64,000 bases of DNA, taken from positions 207,297 through 271,296 of the forward strand of contig RHPI01000277.1 in NCBI GenBank assembly GCA_009103225.1, given 5' to 3'. Positions 1 to 14,020 of the stretch are shown piece by piece (position 1 is the first letter of the stretch; every line of letters starts with the position of its first letter). The DNA comes from Chlorokybus atmophyticus. Lineage: Eukaryota; Plantae; Mesostigma and Chlorokybus algae. The notes under the pieces are model-generated. The model made no database searches. It was not told the DNA's origin and saw only the letters and a program-made list of their open reading frames with translations. The translations under genes were made by a program, and so were the position numbers.

Positions 1-1247
1 CTTCAGACATTCTCCCCCGCCCCCCCCCCCCTCCTTCGGGTTACTTTGAAGGCTGGCAAACTCAACGCCCCAGCAGAGCAAAGCGCAAAACTACGGCGAC
101 GACCAAGTCGTTAAGTGGACGCGCTACTCTCAGCACGCAGCAGCATGCAGGACCACTCAACAGGCGGATGCAAGCGGATGCTCCGGCACTCCCCCCTTGC
201 TCATCTTGCATCTGCTCCGTTCGACTCACTGCCTGCTCTGGGCCCGATGCCAGTCTCCGCCCTTTCTCAGCCTGCAGCTGCTGAGCACATCCCCCCCCCC
301 CCCCCCAGCAAAGCTTACCATCTGCGCGGGTGCCTCCGACTGAGGAACCCACTGCTCGCCCACCCCCTCCGCGTACCACCTCTTGGGCGGACATGGTGGA
401 GGAGGGACGCGTTGTGCTTGTGTAGCCGCTTGCATTTGCTGAAGCTCTTCTCGCAGTGCTAGGATTGCATCTTAAAGCTCCTCAACACGGACATCATCCA
501 TCTCCACCAATACAATACACTCCGCTTCCGAATGAAAAGTGTAAACGCCCACACACTTCTCTCTCACCTTCGTAAACCGTGCACCGATGCTAGTTGTGAC
601 GATGCTCGTGGCTTGTCACCTGTGAGTTGGTCAGATCAACAACCCTCTCACCAAGGCACGGTATTCATAACGGAACCTTGCCCCCTCTGCCAAGCACACA
701 CGCGCGCCCCGCCACTCGCGTGCGCACGCGCATGCTCGAAGCTACACACCGACTTGTGTAGCGCCTTGGATCGTCACACAAGCAAGCACACACTAGTGGA
801 CACGCGCTAGCAACCCCTGCTAACCACCACCAGGCTTGCACACAAGAAACTAGGGAGTTAAGGTTTTATTGCACAAAGTGAGATGTCCTTTTTAATCTAC
901 CAGGTTGCACATGCTACTGTTCAGACGTTTCTCGAGCCAAACGGAATCAGAAGCTAAGCTATTCTTGTAGAACCTTGTAGTACACTTCCAGACTTTTTCT
1001 ACGCACCAAGGAACTTAAAAGATGCCCATATGGCAAAGTTATACCATTTGGCGGTTGGCCCTTCCAAAAATCTGGTCGAGTCCTTCTCAAACTGGCCCTC
1101 CATTTTTGTGGCGTCTTCTAGACCGGTCCTTGGGTCGGTCAATATCTACGATAGACTCACAACTCATCGAAATTTGCCGCAATTCATGAAAACTTGATAC
1201 TTAACGAAAGGTATAAAAGATCATGAAATTTGACATTGATTGTTAAA
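1..1247 (-). mobile_element. Diverged Ty3/gypsy copy of the 8670-14692 family: 5' LTR (595-1247), degenerate PBS (581-592) and leader/gag start running off the left edge
   Basis: 595-1247 is the reverse complement of the LTR at 8670-9340 (ends TGTGAC.../...TGTTAAA). 461-594 matches the reverse complement of 9341-~9475, including TAGCATCGGTGC, a degenerate TGGTATCGGAGC PBS. Confidence 0.85.
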
Positions 1248-4200
1248 CTTGTTGCAGATGGGAACTCGTGGGTGGAGCGTGCTCCTGGTTGTTGCACAAG
1301 CGAGAGCAGCATCTGTGCGCTGTGGCGTGTGACCGCCGAGATGGTTGTTGGCCCTGCAGGTAATAGTGGAACTGCGGCTGCGGTGGCGGCTGCTGTTGCT
1401 TTGGCTGAATACAAAGCGGTTGATCATGCCAATCGAGTGTCGATGGAGGTTAAAGTGTTAGTTCGAGTGTTAACCAAAGTATCAGTGGTGGCGGTGGTTG
1501 CAATAGTGGTGCCTGGGTTTACAGGTACGGGCACGAAGACAGTAGCTGCCATATTGGTGGCCTAGAGCAAGGGTGATGACTCGCTCCTACTGATTGGTGC
1601 TGAGGTGGGCTCAGCTGCTTTAGCGAGTGCACCGGCAAGGGCAGCCTCTGTGATGGCGGACGGAGCCGGCAGAGTGGTGCCCCGCCCCCAATGCTTCGGT
1701 GATTGCAGCGGCAGTGGGCTGTCTTGTTGATGACAAATTGGCGCCGGACGCTGCTGCGGAGGTACTTAGGGTGGCTGCAGATGCTGCGGCCGCGGCGAGA
1801 ACGTCCCGGTTTGCTTGCACTTTGTCCTCGCGCTCTTTGAGTCTGAAGTTACAGCATGGTTAACCAAACAACGCTTAACGCATAGAGTAGCAGGCCTGGA
1901 TGTTATCGTCCCGGGCCTTTAGCTTCTTGGGCCTCGGCTACTGGCAATCTTAATGCAGCAGTAGCCGCGCGAGGGCGAGCGTTGTCAGCTTGACGTGGAA
2001 GCCGGTTCTTGCCTCATTAGCCGCTGCCTTCTTTGCGGGCTCCCGCGCTGCCGCGGTTGGCGTTGTTGTTCTTGATGTTGTTGTACCCGTTGTGCGGCCT
2101 CAACTCCGAGAATTTAGCATAGCATACTGTCTTCAACCAGTCTTGTAGCAGTGATCACATACGAAAGCGACGTATTCATAATACATCCCTTCTAATAGTG
2201 ACCGTGCCGTCCACAAAAATGGCACATGACTGGAGCGGCCACAGCGGCGTCAGTTGCACGAGGTGGTCCTTTTGGTGGCGGCCTCGTAAGCGGCTGATCT
2301 CGTGCACGCTCTCTGTGGCTTGGCTCAGGTTCGGGTGCCATGAAACAGTACGGGTGCCATCCAACACTGCCTTCTTTCAGACTTGTCGGTTATAAATAAA
2401 CAGTGCAGCTGCTGATGCTTGCTGCAGCGTGTACCCGCGTGGATGGGTGCCATTCAGCGTCATGCGAACACTGTTGTGGAGCGTTGTCTTGAGCTTACAT
2501 ACGTATACTATAGCTGCTTGCTCTTCCATTAGCACACAAAAGTCTGTATCCGACAGCAACCCTTCCATACGGGCATACATCTAAAAAGGGTCTTCATTGG
2601 CCTTCCGTCTGAATGGCGCAACCCTTCAACCTTGTAGATGGTTGAAGGGGGAAAGATACGCCGTAAAGCTGCGTACAAGTCCACAAGGGGAGACGCGGTG
2701 CGGACCACATCAATGGCAAGGGTGGCTAGATGCAAATTAACAGATGCTACGGACATCGTGCTACCCATCGTTGCAGCAGGGCCAGAGGTTGGTGGCAGGC
2801 TCGCAGTTGGGTTTACCGCTGTATGTTGATGTGTCCGCAGCAGAATGGCCATGCGCTCAGCCACGGTCTTGCCACGCAAAAATCAAAGCGGCAATCTCCT
2901 TAGCTGTTTCGTCTGTGGTGATCGCCGTTCATACCAGCGTCTCAGCTTGCCGGCTGATAGTGCGCATCACAGCAGCACACGAAGGACCAGGAACCGAGAT
3001 ACGAGCACTGCTGCCTGAGGCAGTACATGAGTGGTAGTAGCGGTGACCGCAGTTCCCGTGCGTGGACCAATGGCAACGATCCGATGCAGAGCAGCACTTG
3101 ACCTCCACACTGAATGGGCCTCAAGACCTAGGTATTGTGCGGACATCTCGATTGACAGAGTCTCTGTCCAAGCCATTTTGCTTTTGTGGGCAAGAAAAGC
3201 CATCATAGTCGCAAACTTGATGATAAAGGTCATCGAGTGCTCGGGCGCCAGGATGGCCAGAGAAGCGCAGGGATGAGGAAGACCTGGAGGACTCCATCTC
3301 ATCATGGCCTAAACGTTGTCACCATCAGTGATGACCGAGCAGGTATACTGCCATCAAGGAGTAGGGTGTCAAAATCTGCTTTTGAAGGACGAGCAAGAAC
3401 CGTGGCTGCTTCCATAGGATGATGCGGATTGCGTAGCTGCATGGCTGGCGTAGTCTCCTTGGTACTGAAGATGATGTGCTTGTAGGTGACATCAAAGCTC
3501 AGGTTCCAGCTGTGGAAGTTGCGGGAACCTTCCTCGTCGATGGTGTCGCCAGCAGGTCCCTCATAGGTGTGTTCTTCCTCACGAAGTCCCCTACTCATCA
3601 AAGTGATGCCAAACATGCTAGTAAATGCAGCCTAAAGTATGGGTGCTCTTGCAGCAACGTCTATGATAATGTTCACTCCACCTGCTAGTGAACGTGCAGT
3701 CTACTATGTAATGACAATGCAATCCACTATATAATGACACTGACAGCTATGCGTTGAGGTGTACCTAAATTTGCAAGCTGCAATGCATGAATGCATAATG
3801 CAAAACCACTCACTTGTTGCAAAGGGGTGAAATTGTGAGTCAACAAGCCACTATTAGAGGTAGTGCTGTATCACACACTCTTTGCACGAGCGGATGGATG
3901 TTGTAACTGTTAAGTGAGGTGAATGAACACGCAATCTCATGGATGCTATGCGCTGACTAACAATGTCAACACACTGCGGCAAGGCCTCAAGTACCTCACA
4001 GGTAATGCAATGCAATGCGCACACGGACATTTACACTCTTTCACACGTTGAAGGTTTCTTGGCGCTCGGGGCGGCAAGTCCACATCTCAGTGGTCTCACA
4101 ACCTCTATTCCAGAGTTCTCACTCACAGTTTCACTTATAGTGAAGCAATCTGCTACTTACACAAGGTTGTCTAGTCAAGGCACAGCTGGTCCGCAATAGT

Positions 4201-4420
4201 TTGAACAATGCTGATGCCTGCTGACATGACATGGACAAAGCAATACGTTAAGTCTTGATATAGCCGATCTGAATCCCAACTGGTCATCGATCGTAAGGTA
4301 CCCACAAGTAGTATATTATGGAGCAGTGCTATTGGGTACCTACGAGCCATAGCCACGGTGCATACGTCAGTAGCCAGGGCAGCGCATCGGCTGTAGTTAT
4401 GAACGATGAAGTGGAGCAAC
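1248..4420 (-). mobile_element. Highly degenerate LTR-retrotransposon remnant (gag-like ORF pieces, leader, possible 5' LTR from ~3964)
   Basis: Gag-like fragments YARMEGLLSDTDFCVLMEEQAAIVYVCKLKTTLHNSVRM (2377-2580) and FIIKFATMMAFLAHKSK (2967-3305), and a decayed knuckle-like segment near 1850-1900. PBS-like GCGCTGACTAACA-A-TGTCAAC at 3950-3970. Short motifs shared with the 26901 LTR and leader (AAGTCCACATC, ATCGTAAGGTACC, GCAATC-ATGACA). Boundaries approximate. Confidence 0.45.
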
Positions 4421-5099
4421 TTTGACGGAGCGGCATGACAGCATGCCTGCGCTCGTGTATGGAAACATGAGACGATGGATGCTTATAAGTGTGACATGCA
4501 TAAACAGCCCTCCCCCCATGCGCCTGAGGCAGGGCGAGAGGGGGGGGAGGGGGTCTATGCATAGATTATGGTGTATGTATGGTAAGTGTTGCCGACTGAC
4601 ATGCATGTCGGTATGTAGAATGCACTGTATATACGAGAACGAGTTTGCATGTGCAATATTGAGCGCATAGCGTATTTATGTGCTCTCAAGTTAATAAAAG
4701 ATGGTATGCTAGCAAGGTCACATAGTGTGACAAGCATGATACGTGCATGTTGTCAAGCATACAACGTATGCAGGCATTCAGCAGAAGTTACATCACTATA
4801 TTACCAGAGCTCAGGCACCGGGCTTTGCATGCACCAATGTGCGCCCGATGTACAGACTAGTGTGCGTGTTGCCGGTTGAACGTTGGGTGTCTCTCCAGCA
4901 CCTGGTCCGGGCTCTGCCCTCACCTGTGCACAATAGAGTCAAGCCCATACAACTCAAACTTGTACCGCCAGGCAATGCATGCATGCTTGCCTGTGTGCCA
5001 CATAGTCGGACTAGTGCATCAGTGAGTAGGAGTGCTTACAGGCTGGCACCACTGGCGCGGAGTATGCGCACCATGACTTAGCAGAGATTGTAGTGGCAA

Positions 5100-5470
5100 A
5101 AGGGGCTGCCGTCATCGTTGATAGACACATGCAGGCCGACGCCCGCGCACGCGCGTGTGTGTGTGTAACCGTACGTGTATTGGGTAGGCAGGTACGCATG
5201 CTAGCATGGCATTGCATGTGCATTTTGTGTATGAGACCGTGTGCGCGTGCGCGTGTGTGCTGAGACCATGCACTGCATTGCACGCTACTATTACTGGCTT
5301 CATTGAGGCTTCAGATCTACGCATGCGTGTGCATATGCAACCTTGTGCATGTTTGCATAGGTGTGTATACATGTTAGCAGGCGCGCGTACAGGATGTGTA
5401 ACCGCGAAGCCATATGCGCGTGAGTACATGCGCGTGCACGTGTGCATGTGCACGCGTGCGTGCAATAATG
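5100..5470. repeat. Alternating purine-pyrimidine (TG/CA/CG) low-complexity tract
   Basis: Runs such as GCGCACGCGCGTGTGTGTGTGT and GCGCGTGCACGTGTGCATGTGCACGCGTGCGTGCA. Confidence 0.7.
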
Positions 5471-5600
5471 TAGAGTAAAAGAAAATGACACCTAGCCGTT
5501 CCGGTCACCCGGTGGGCCAAGGCGTAGTACAGAGTAGTGCACGTACATGTTACACTCTACGGACACAACAGAACTACTATTTTGCGCGCGGACAGATTAG

Positions 5601-6036
<436 letters not shown>

Positions 6037-8669
6037 CGGTCTTGCACGGGCTCTTGAGCACACCCGCAAGACCCGAACTCTGGTAGATAAGTTGTATGTG
6101 CCAGAGGTTGCGTGCGTGCAACAAGCACTCTCTTTCATGTCAGGTGGATGTTGTAGGCAGCGCGTGAGGACGGGTAGGGGCGTGCTAGTTCTTGATGTCT
6201 CCAACGCTGCGGTACATTGTACGCAACACGAGTCACGCTACAACATGATGTGGTATATACAACCTAACAAGCAACAAGTAGGCGGTGCGCTCTGACCTGA
6301 ACCCTATTGGGCGACGGCGGCAGTCTTGACAAGTTTAACGGCGTCAATGGCAGGGGCGAGGGGCATTCCCTACCCCACCCCCTTAAAAACCCTCTTCTTA
6401 CCCCTAGCTTCCTCCCAATTCCATGCCTCAACCCTCTCCCACGCCGCCGTCTGCAGCCGGGCGGCGCATAGGCGGCGATCTGCCGTTGATTTCATAAATT
6501 CACGAAATCAACGGTTCAGATTCCTTTTGCCAACTATAGCAGTGTTGGCAACAAACGGCGACGGCGGTGGATGCTGCTCTCATTCACTAAGGAGACAGCC
6601 ATGGAGGTTCATCAGGTGGAGTCTTTCCCACCCCTCCCCACCACCAAACCCTCCCCTTCAACAAATACAACTTTCACTCAACTTCAACCCTCCAACCCTC
6701 CACCCTTCACGTCTGCACCAACAACCGAAGGTGCGGCAACGCCCTCTCCAACAGCCCCCACAGCTCCCGCCGACCCTGCAGCTCCTCCACACAAGCGCAA
6801 GGCATGGATGGAGGTTGTGACGGGCTACCCCTTCTCTAAACAAGTGTCCGTTAAGTCTATGACTAGGACTTGTATCAGTGACATTTTTGCACATTACTCC
6901 TTTGCTTCATCCGTATTGCAGACGTGTGAATCTAGTGAGATGGGCAGTGTGATTGAGGCAGACTACATGGACTACATGTTTTCAGATAGGCAGTCTGAGC
7001 TATAGGAGATATGTCTTGCATTTCACTTCTCTTTTGTCGAGTCTCAGACACTTATTACTCGAGTGTCATGGATTGCGGCTGTTTGCTTAGACAACGCTAG
7101 AGGCTTTAGTATCATCTCCACTCACTGCACACGGGTGGGAGAGATGTAGATCATTCTCTCTTCTCGAGAGGCTGCCGTATCTGCTATGGACAGGCGCTCT
7201 ACCTACTCTTGGGGGCAAGCCTGTTCGTGTCTCTTCCTGGGCGGACTCCGGCTTGAAGGAAGGCTGGATCTCTTTCCAAAGAGATCACCCAAATTCTTCC
7301 AGCTTTCATCCAAGTCATCAGCCAATACGGCACCGTCGGCGATGGCGACCCCGTTCCCAACCAATCCCGACACCGTCACTTTATCACCCCTTCCACACGC
7401 TACCGCTTCACACCTGACTCCCCTTACGTAGTACTTCCCCAGACCATCACCATATGGCCACCTACGTATGAGTCGAGTCTCTCGAACCGACATCACAATT
7501 CTCACCCGTTCAAGCCCTCCACTTTGCTTTCGGGGCAAGGTCTTTGACCATCCAAGTCAATGTCTAGTTCCAGCAAAAACAGGAATTGCACCCTCGTCTA
7601 CCCCCTTCCCGGCCCCTCCCCCCAACACGGCCACACCCCCTCTGCAGACCTTGACCGCCCCCTTTTCTCAGATCCCCTCTCCACCCCTTCCAACCTCTAA
7701 CACCACCCGCTCCACCTCCACCACCACCACCGACAACAACAACAAGCTGCTCCACAGTCACAACAACACAAGAACAAGAACAACAAGCCCATTAACAACA
7801 GGTTCGCATTGTTGACTCATGATCAACCTCTCCCTACAACCCCTCCATCTCCCACAACCCACACCCGCGACACACCCACACGCACCCCACCTCCCCCCTC
7901 ACCCCGCGTCACCTCCCTCACCCCACGAAGCTTGGGAGAGCGTGTGGACATGGAAGACGACGGATTGCCCTGAGGCGACGATGCCACATGGATGATGGAG
8001 CGCTCCCACCCCGCCTCCGGCTCCTGCTTCCCCTCAACCCCACACCACCCTGCGCATGGGTCAGTTACCCTGGTAAGCATGGCTCCATTACCGTCAGGCG
8101 CAAGCTTGCCTGCCGCTGATAGTGGATGAGATGCATTGAACCCTTAGCGCGCAACCCACCCCTTGGACCTTGAGTTTGTCACAACAGCACTCGGTTATCG
8201 CGGCACTAATACAGCAAGAGCATATGCCACTTTAATGCCGATGTTGATGTCTTCAGTGGAGAGCGCCACATCACCCTCTCTCATACTGACCGACACCACC
8301 GCCGCGCGCGCTTCAAGCTGCGATATGGCGACCTCACCCCTCCGCCCAACATGCAAGGTTCGGGCACAGCACACGCTCTTTCAGTCTTGCACTCGTCCCT
8401 TGCTACTTCGGGCATCAACCTGGAAGCAGAGGTAGAGGCAAAGCTGGAATCTGTATTGCTGTTTGCGGTGCCTGAGTAGAGCGGCGTAGACGCACCTGTT
8501 CTCTTTCTCGTCTGCCCCATTCCGGTGGAGAACACTAGCAAGTACCCTCCGGGCCTCAACCAGCGCTGAGTGACGCTTCATGAGCGGGAGGCCACCTTAT
8601 CTTCCAAGACAACCAAGTCCCTTCTTGGAGACATCACATTGCAGCAGCTAGCGGATGCGGCAAGGCAAT

Positions 8670-9340
8670 TGTAACAGTCGAGGCCAAGTTTCATGATTTT
8701 AGGACCTTTGTTGGCCCATTTATCGAGCACCATGTTTTCATGACTTGTGGCAGATATCGGCGAGTTATGAGTCTGCCGCGGATATCAACCGGGGCCCCAG
8801 GACCATTCCGGAAGGTGCCAGAAAACGGAGGGCCAGTCGAGAAGGGCTCGACCAGATTTCTGGAAGAGCCTGGCGCCAAGTAGTACAACTTGACCATATG
8901 AGCACCTAATTAGGAGATCTTTGGTGCGTAAGAAAGGTCTAGAAGTATACTACAGGCTTCTGCAATACAATCTTAGCATCTAATTCTGTGTAGCACGGGG
9001 GAATCGTCTAGACAGTAGCATGTGCAGACTGGTAGGTATATAAGCGACATTCTACAAAGTGCAAAAAACCTTTAGCTCCCATGTTTTTTGTGTGCAAGCC
9101 TGGTAGTGGTTAGCAGGGGTTGCTAGCGTGTGTCCACTGGTGTGTGCTTGCTTGTGCGACGATCAAAGGCGCTACATACGTCGGTGTGTAGCTTCGAGTG
9201 CATGCGCGTGCGTACGTGAGTGGCGGGGCGCGCGTGTGTGCTTGGCAGAGGGGGCAAGGTTCCGGTGTGAATACCGTGTCTTGGTAAGAGGGTTGTTGAT
9301 TGGACCAACTCACAGGTGACAAGGCCCGAGCACCGTTACA
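8670..9340 (+). repeat. 5' LTR (671 bp) of chromovirus 1
   Basis: TGTAAC...GTTACA; direct repeat of 14021-14692, followed by the PBS. Confidence 0.96.
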
Positions 9341-9479
9341 ACTGGTATCGGAGCACGGTTTATGAAGGTGAGAGAGGAAGTGTGTGGGCGTTTACACTTT
9401 TCATTCGGAAGCGGAGTGTGGTGTGTTAGAGGAGATGGAGGATGCTTGCATGGAAGAGCTTTAAGCTGCCATTTTACCA

Positions 9480-12400
9480 TTGAGGGAACAGCTTCATCAC
9501 ACTCAAGCGGCGGCACAAGCACAACGCGAGGCGTGTGAGCATCCGATGGCGCATGTACAAGTTCCCATGGCATCAATCATCTCGCGCGTGCATGTGAAGG
9601 TGCCAAAGCCCAAGCCATTCAAGGGTCAACGTGATGGAGTTGAAGTAGACGAATAGATCTTTCAAGTACAGTCTGAACTAAAGCTCACCGAGCCCTCGCA
9701 TCTGCACGTGGAGGTTGCAGCAACATTGCTTGAAGATGCAGCACTTGTATGGTGGAGACATCGTTGTACGCGTTTTGCAAGTGGGTTGGCGCTACCATTG
9801 ACCACCATGGAAGAGTTGGCTCTAATAATCAGGCGTAAGCTTGTTCCCGTGGAAAGTGTGAAGGCCGCACACGATAAAATTGCAGCCCTTGTGCAAACGG
9901 GGTCGGTAACGGCGTACACGGCTACCTTTTAGCGTTTGGTGATGTCCATACCCAATATGACCGAGGAAGAGCAGTTGGACAGGTACACACGTGGTTCGAA
10001 ACCTTTGGGCGCAGAGAAGTGGAGCTACGGGACCCTAAAACTTTTGTGGAAGCTATACGCATCACAGAGCGTCTTGACGCGTTGTACTTCAAGTCTTCTG
10101 CAACAAACGCTGACTGGAGGCGTGGGAGTAAGCAAGAGCGTGGTGATCAGCCTAGGGGAAGCTTTCAACATGCATGGACACGAAGGGAACCAAGTTCACA
10201 ACTTGCAAAGGAAGGTGGAGCTGATTTTGGACCATCACCAACGGAGGTGGGTGCCGTACACACGCGAAACGGCGTGGCAAAGCACGATGAACGTGGTGAG
10301 GTAGGTAGCAGCATGCGCAAGTATTACGTGTGCGGTTCGACAAAACATTTGGCGTTTCAATTGCTCGAAGCGGCGCACGCAAACGTCTGTATCAGCTGGC
10401 AACACATATTGCACACGACGCATCAATGTAATGCAGGAAGATGGCGTGGAGGATCAGGCAAATGACTTCCCCAAGTAGGTAAGTAGGCTATTGCTGGGGA
10501 TGAGGGGGAGCTTCAGCGAGGAGGCAACAAAGTACGTTGGGCTTCTAGCACGCATGTGCGATGACCGAGGACAATGGAGGGAATGCAACCTTATGGTTGA
10601 TAGTGGAGCAAACAGCAACTTCATGAGTGAGGAGGTTGCACGGCGCTGCGGTTGGCTTTCACCATTACGAGGAGGAGAAGTGAAACTCGCTGATGGGGAA
10701 CAATCCTTTGAACCGGTACCGGTGCTGCGTTGCTAACCAAAGAGTTGTGTTCACATGGGGAAGTTGAAGGAGAATATGTGTTTTTGCTGCATCACCCTAC
10801 GGAACGGGTTTGATGGAATTTTAAGACTACCGTGGCTGTGGCAACATAACCCATCTATCGATTGGAGGAAGCGTGTGCTCACCATCAAGGGAAACAATGG
10901 AGAGTCCGTTCAAGGTCTACGCGCGTGCCTCATCGAAGTGGAAGACCACTTTTGCGAGGAAAGCAAGAAGGGCTTTGTCATAACTGCGTTGGACGTCACT
11001 ACGGCAAATATGCGCACGTGTGTTGAGCACCTGCAAGGGAATACAAGCATTGACAAGGCACGGCACGCGCAATCAGGTGGGATTCATATTGCTCAAGTTT
11101 CCTATGTGCAATTGAGGAGGCTGCTATCCCCACAAAAGCGAAGGCTGCATGGTTGTGCGTGGTGCGTCAGAGCACATCAAAGTCAGCACTGAAGCTGAGT
11201 GACTGCACTGAGACAGCTTCGATGGACCCCGAGGTGTGCAAATTTGTTTCGGCATCAAGATATCATGGTGGACGGACTTCCAGGTGGTCTGCCACCCTCG
11301 CGGAGCGTTGCTCACCGTGTGGAGTTGATTGAGGGCGTGCACAAGCCACCCTGCAAGCCTGTATATAAGTTGTCACCTTTGGAGTTGGAGGAGGCCGAGA
11401 AGCAGATAGCGGATCTTCAAAAGAGAGGTGACATCCGGCCAAGTCACCTTATGGTGCACTGATACTGTTTGTGCGAAAGAAGAACGGGAGCCTGCGTATG
11501 TGCATTGACTGAGTGCTCAACACCATTACAAAGAAGAACTGCTTTCCACATGCCGCGTATTGACGAGTTGCTGGAGCAGCTACAAGGTGCGCAGTACTTT
11601 ACCACACCTGATCTTGCTGAAGGTTATCATCAAATCCGCATCACACCTGAGGACGTGGAAAAGACAGCGTTCAACACGCGCTATGGACATTATGAGTGGT
11701 TAGTGATGTCGTTTGGGCTTACCAACGCGCCAGCAACATGTCATACGTTGATAAACAGGTTTTTTGCTGACTTGCTGGGTAAGGGAGTCCTCGTGTACCT
11801 CGACGACAATCTTGTGTACTCGAAGACGAAGAACGAGCATGTGAGTCTTCTACGGCGCGTGTTGCAGCGTTTACGCGAGCACAAGTTGTACGCTCAGCTA
11901 CAGAAGTGCAAGTGGTGCGCGAATGGTCTGCCCCGACCAACGTGAAGGAGGTAATGTCGTTCTTGGGCCTCTTGGGCCGCGGGGTATTATCGCAAGTTTA
12001 TCATGGAATTTTCGCGCATTGCGGCCCCTTTGACCACCCTACTCAGAAAGGGAAATCTTGCAGCTAGTCTACAAAGGAAGAGCATGCATTTGCTGCGTCA
12101 AAAAAGGCGTTGACAGAGGCACCCGCCTTGGCTCACCCTGACATGGACAAACCTTTCATTTTTGCTTGTGACGCATCCGACACAGCTGTGGGAGCTGTGT
12201 TACAGCAAGACCAAGGCATGGGTTTTCAACCTGTAGCGTTTTTTGTTAAGAAACTGAGTGGAGCAGAGCTCAACTACCCTGTGCACGAGAAGGAGCTATC
12301 GGCATAAGTGATGGCGCTGCAACAATGGCGATGCTTTCTTGAGGGAAAAAGGTTCGTGCTGGAGACGGACCATTCCACATTGAGGATACTTACGGACACA

Positions 12401-14010
12401 ACCACATCTGAGCCGAAGACAAGCGCGGTGGTTGGAGTTCTTTCAACTTTTTGATTTTGAGGTCAAGTACAAGCCCGGTACGTCCAATAGTGTGGCCGAT
12501 GCGCTAAGCCGGTTGAATGCGATTGAAGCACTCGCTCAAGTGCAACCGGAGTGGGCCGACCAAATTTAACAAGTGCTTTGCGAAAACATAGAAGGTAGGA
12601 GAGTCTAACGGGATATGGAGAGCACAGCAACGGACACAAGTGGACATTGGACAAAGCAAAACGGCCTACTATGGCATCATGGCCGCTTGTACATCCCCGA
12701 TGTTGCACATATACGCGTTCAACTTTTAAAGGAAGCTCACGACGTACCCATTGCTGGCCACCAAGGAGTGGAGAGAACGTTGGCAAGCTTGAAACAACGC
12801 TTTAACTGGCGGGAGATGCATTGTGATGTACGCGACTATGTGGCGTTGTGCGACGCATGTCAGGGTGAAAGCAAGCAACTAAAAGTCACGTGAGTTGCTA
12901 CAACCTCTTTCCGTGCCATTGTCCAGGTGGGAGCAAGTTCCTATGAATTTTATTACGGGGGTGCCGAAGACAACAGAAGGGTATGACGCAATATTCGTGT
13001 TCGTAGACAAAACCAGCAAAATGGTACGCTTGGCACCGTGTTGTGAGTCTTGCACGGCACCAGAGGCAGCAAGCTTGTTTATGAAGCATGTCTTTCGTTC
13101 CCACGGACTACCACAAAGCATTGTGGGCGATTGTGATCTTCGCTTCACAAATAAGTTTTGGGAGGCGCTGCATAGTGCATTGCGTACTACCTTAAGTTTA
13201 GCACGGCTTTCCATCCGCAAACTGATGGCCAAACGGAGCAAGCCAACCGTGAAGATATGTTGCGCTGCTACGTGAATGCACGGCAAGACAATTGGGCGGA
13301 GTTGCTGGAAGTGGTGGAATTTGCCATCAACAACCACACCAATTCAAGCACGGGTGTCACCCCCTTTCTCATAATTTACGGCCAACACCCGCTGACACTG
13401 CTGACGACGTGGACATCGCAACGAAGTGGCGTTGATGTGGAAGCAGTAAGCGATTTTCTTACAACGTGTGCGGACATCCTCAAGGCAGCGAGAGAGGCGC
13501 TATTGGTGGCACAAAATAGGCAAAAACAGTACGTAGACGCGCATCGCCGACATGTCACATTTCGAGAAGGTGACATGGTATTGCTTTATGTGAGGAACTT
13601 ACAAGTGCATGCTAGAGTTCGCAAGTTAAGTGAGCGCTGGCTTGGGTCATTTCAAGTCATCAAAGTGGTTTTGGACGCGGCGAACAAGTTGCAACTGCCC
13701 GACTCTATGCACATCCACCCTGTCTTTGACATATCCCTGGTAAAAGCATATCGAGGAGACCCACCATTGCGTCCACCGCCTGAGTTGGCTACAGAAGGTC
13801 ATATGGAATGCGAAGTGGAGGACATATTGGGTGAGAAGATGGTGCGCAGCGTGCGTGCAAATATTTGGTGAAGTGGAAAGGCTACCCGATGCATGAAGCC
13901 ACTTGGGAACCGGAGAAGCACTTGGCAAATGCACACCATATCCTGCAAAAGCATTTGCAACGACGACCAGAGAATCCTCAAGAGCTTCGAGGACGAAGCT
14001 CACTCCTAGG
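9480..14010 (+). pseudogene. gag-pol of chromovirus 1 with chromodomain (multiple stops and frameshifts)
   Basis: Gag (EEQLDRYTRG; knuckle YYVCGSTKHL), protease LMVDSGANSNF, RT VLVYLDD, RNase H DASDTAVGAVL and NYPVHEKEL, integrase HDVPIAGHQG...CDACQ, chromodomain EVEDIL...VKWKGYPMHEATWEPE. Confidence 0.93.
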
Positions 14011-14020
14011 GGGGGAGGAG

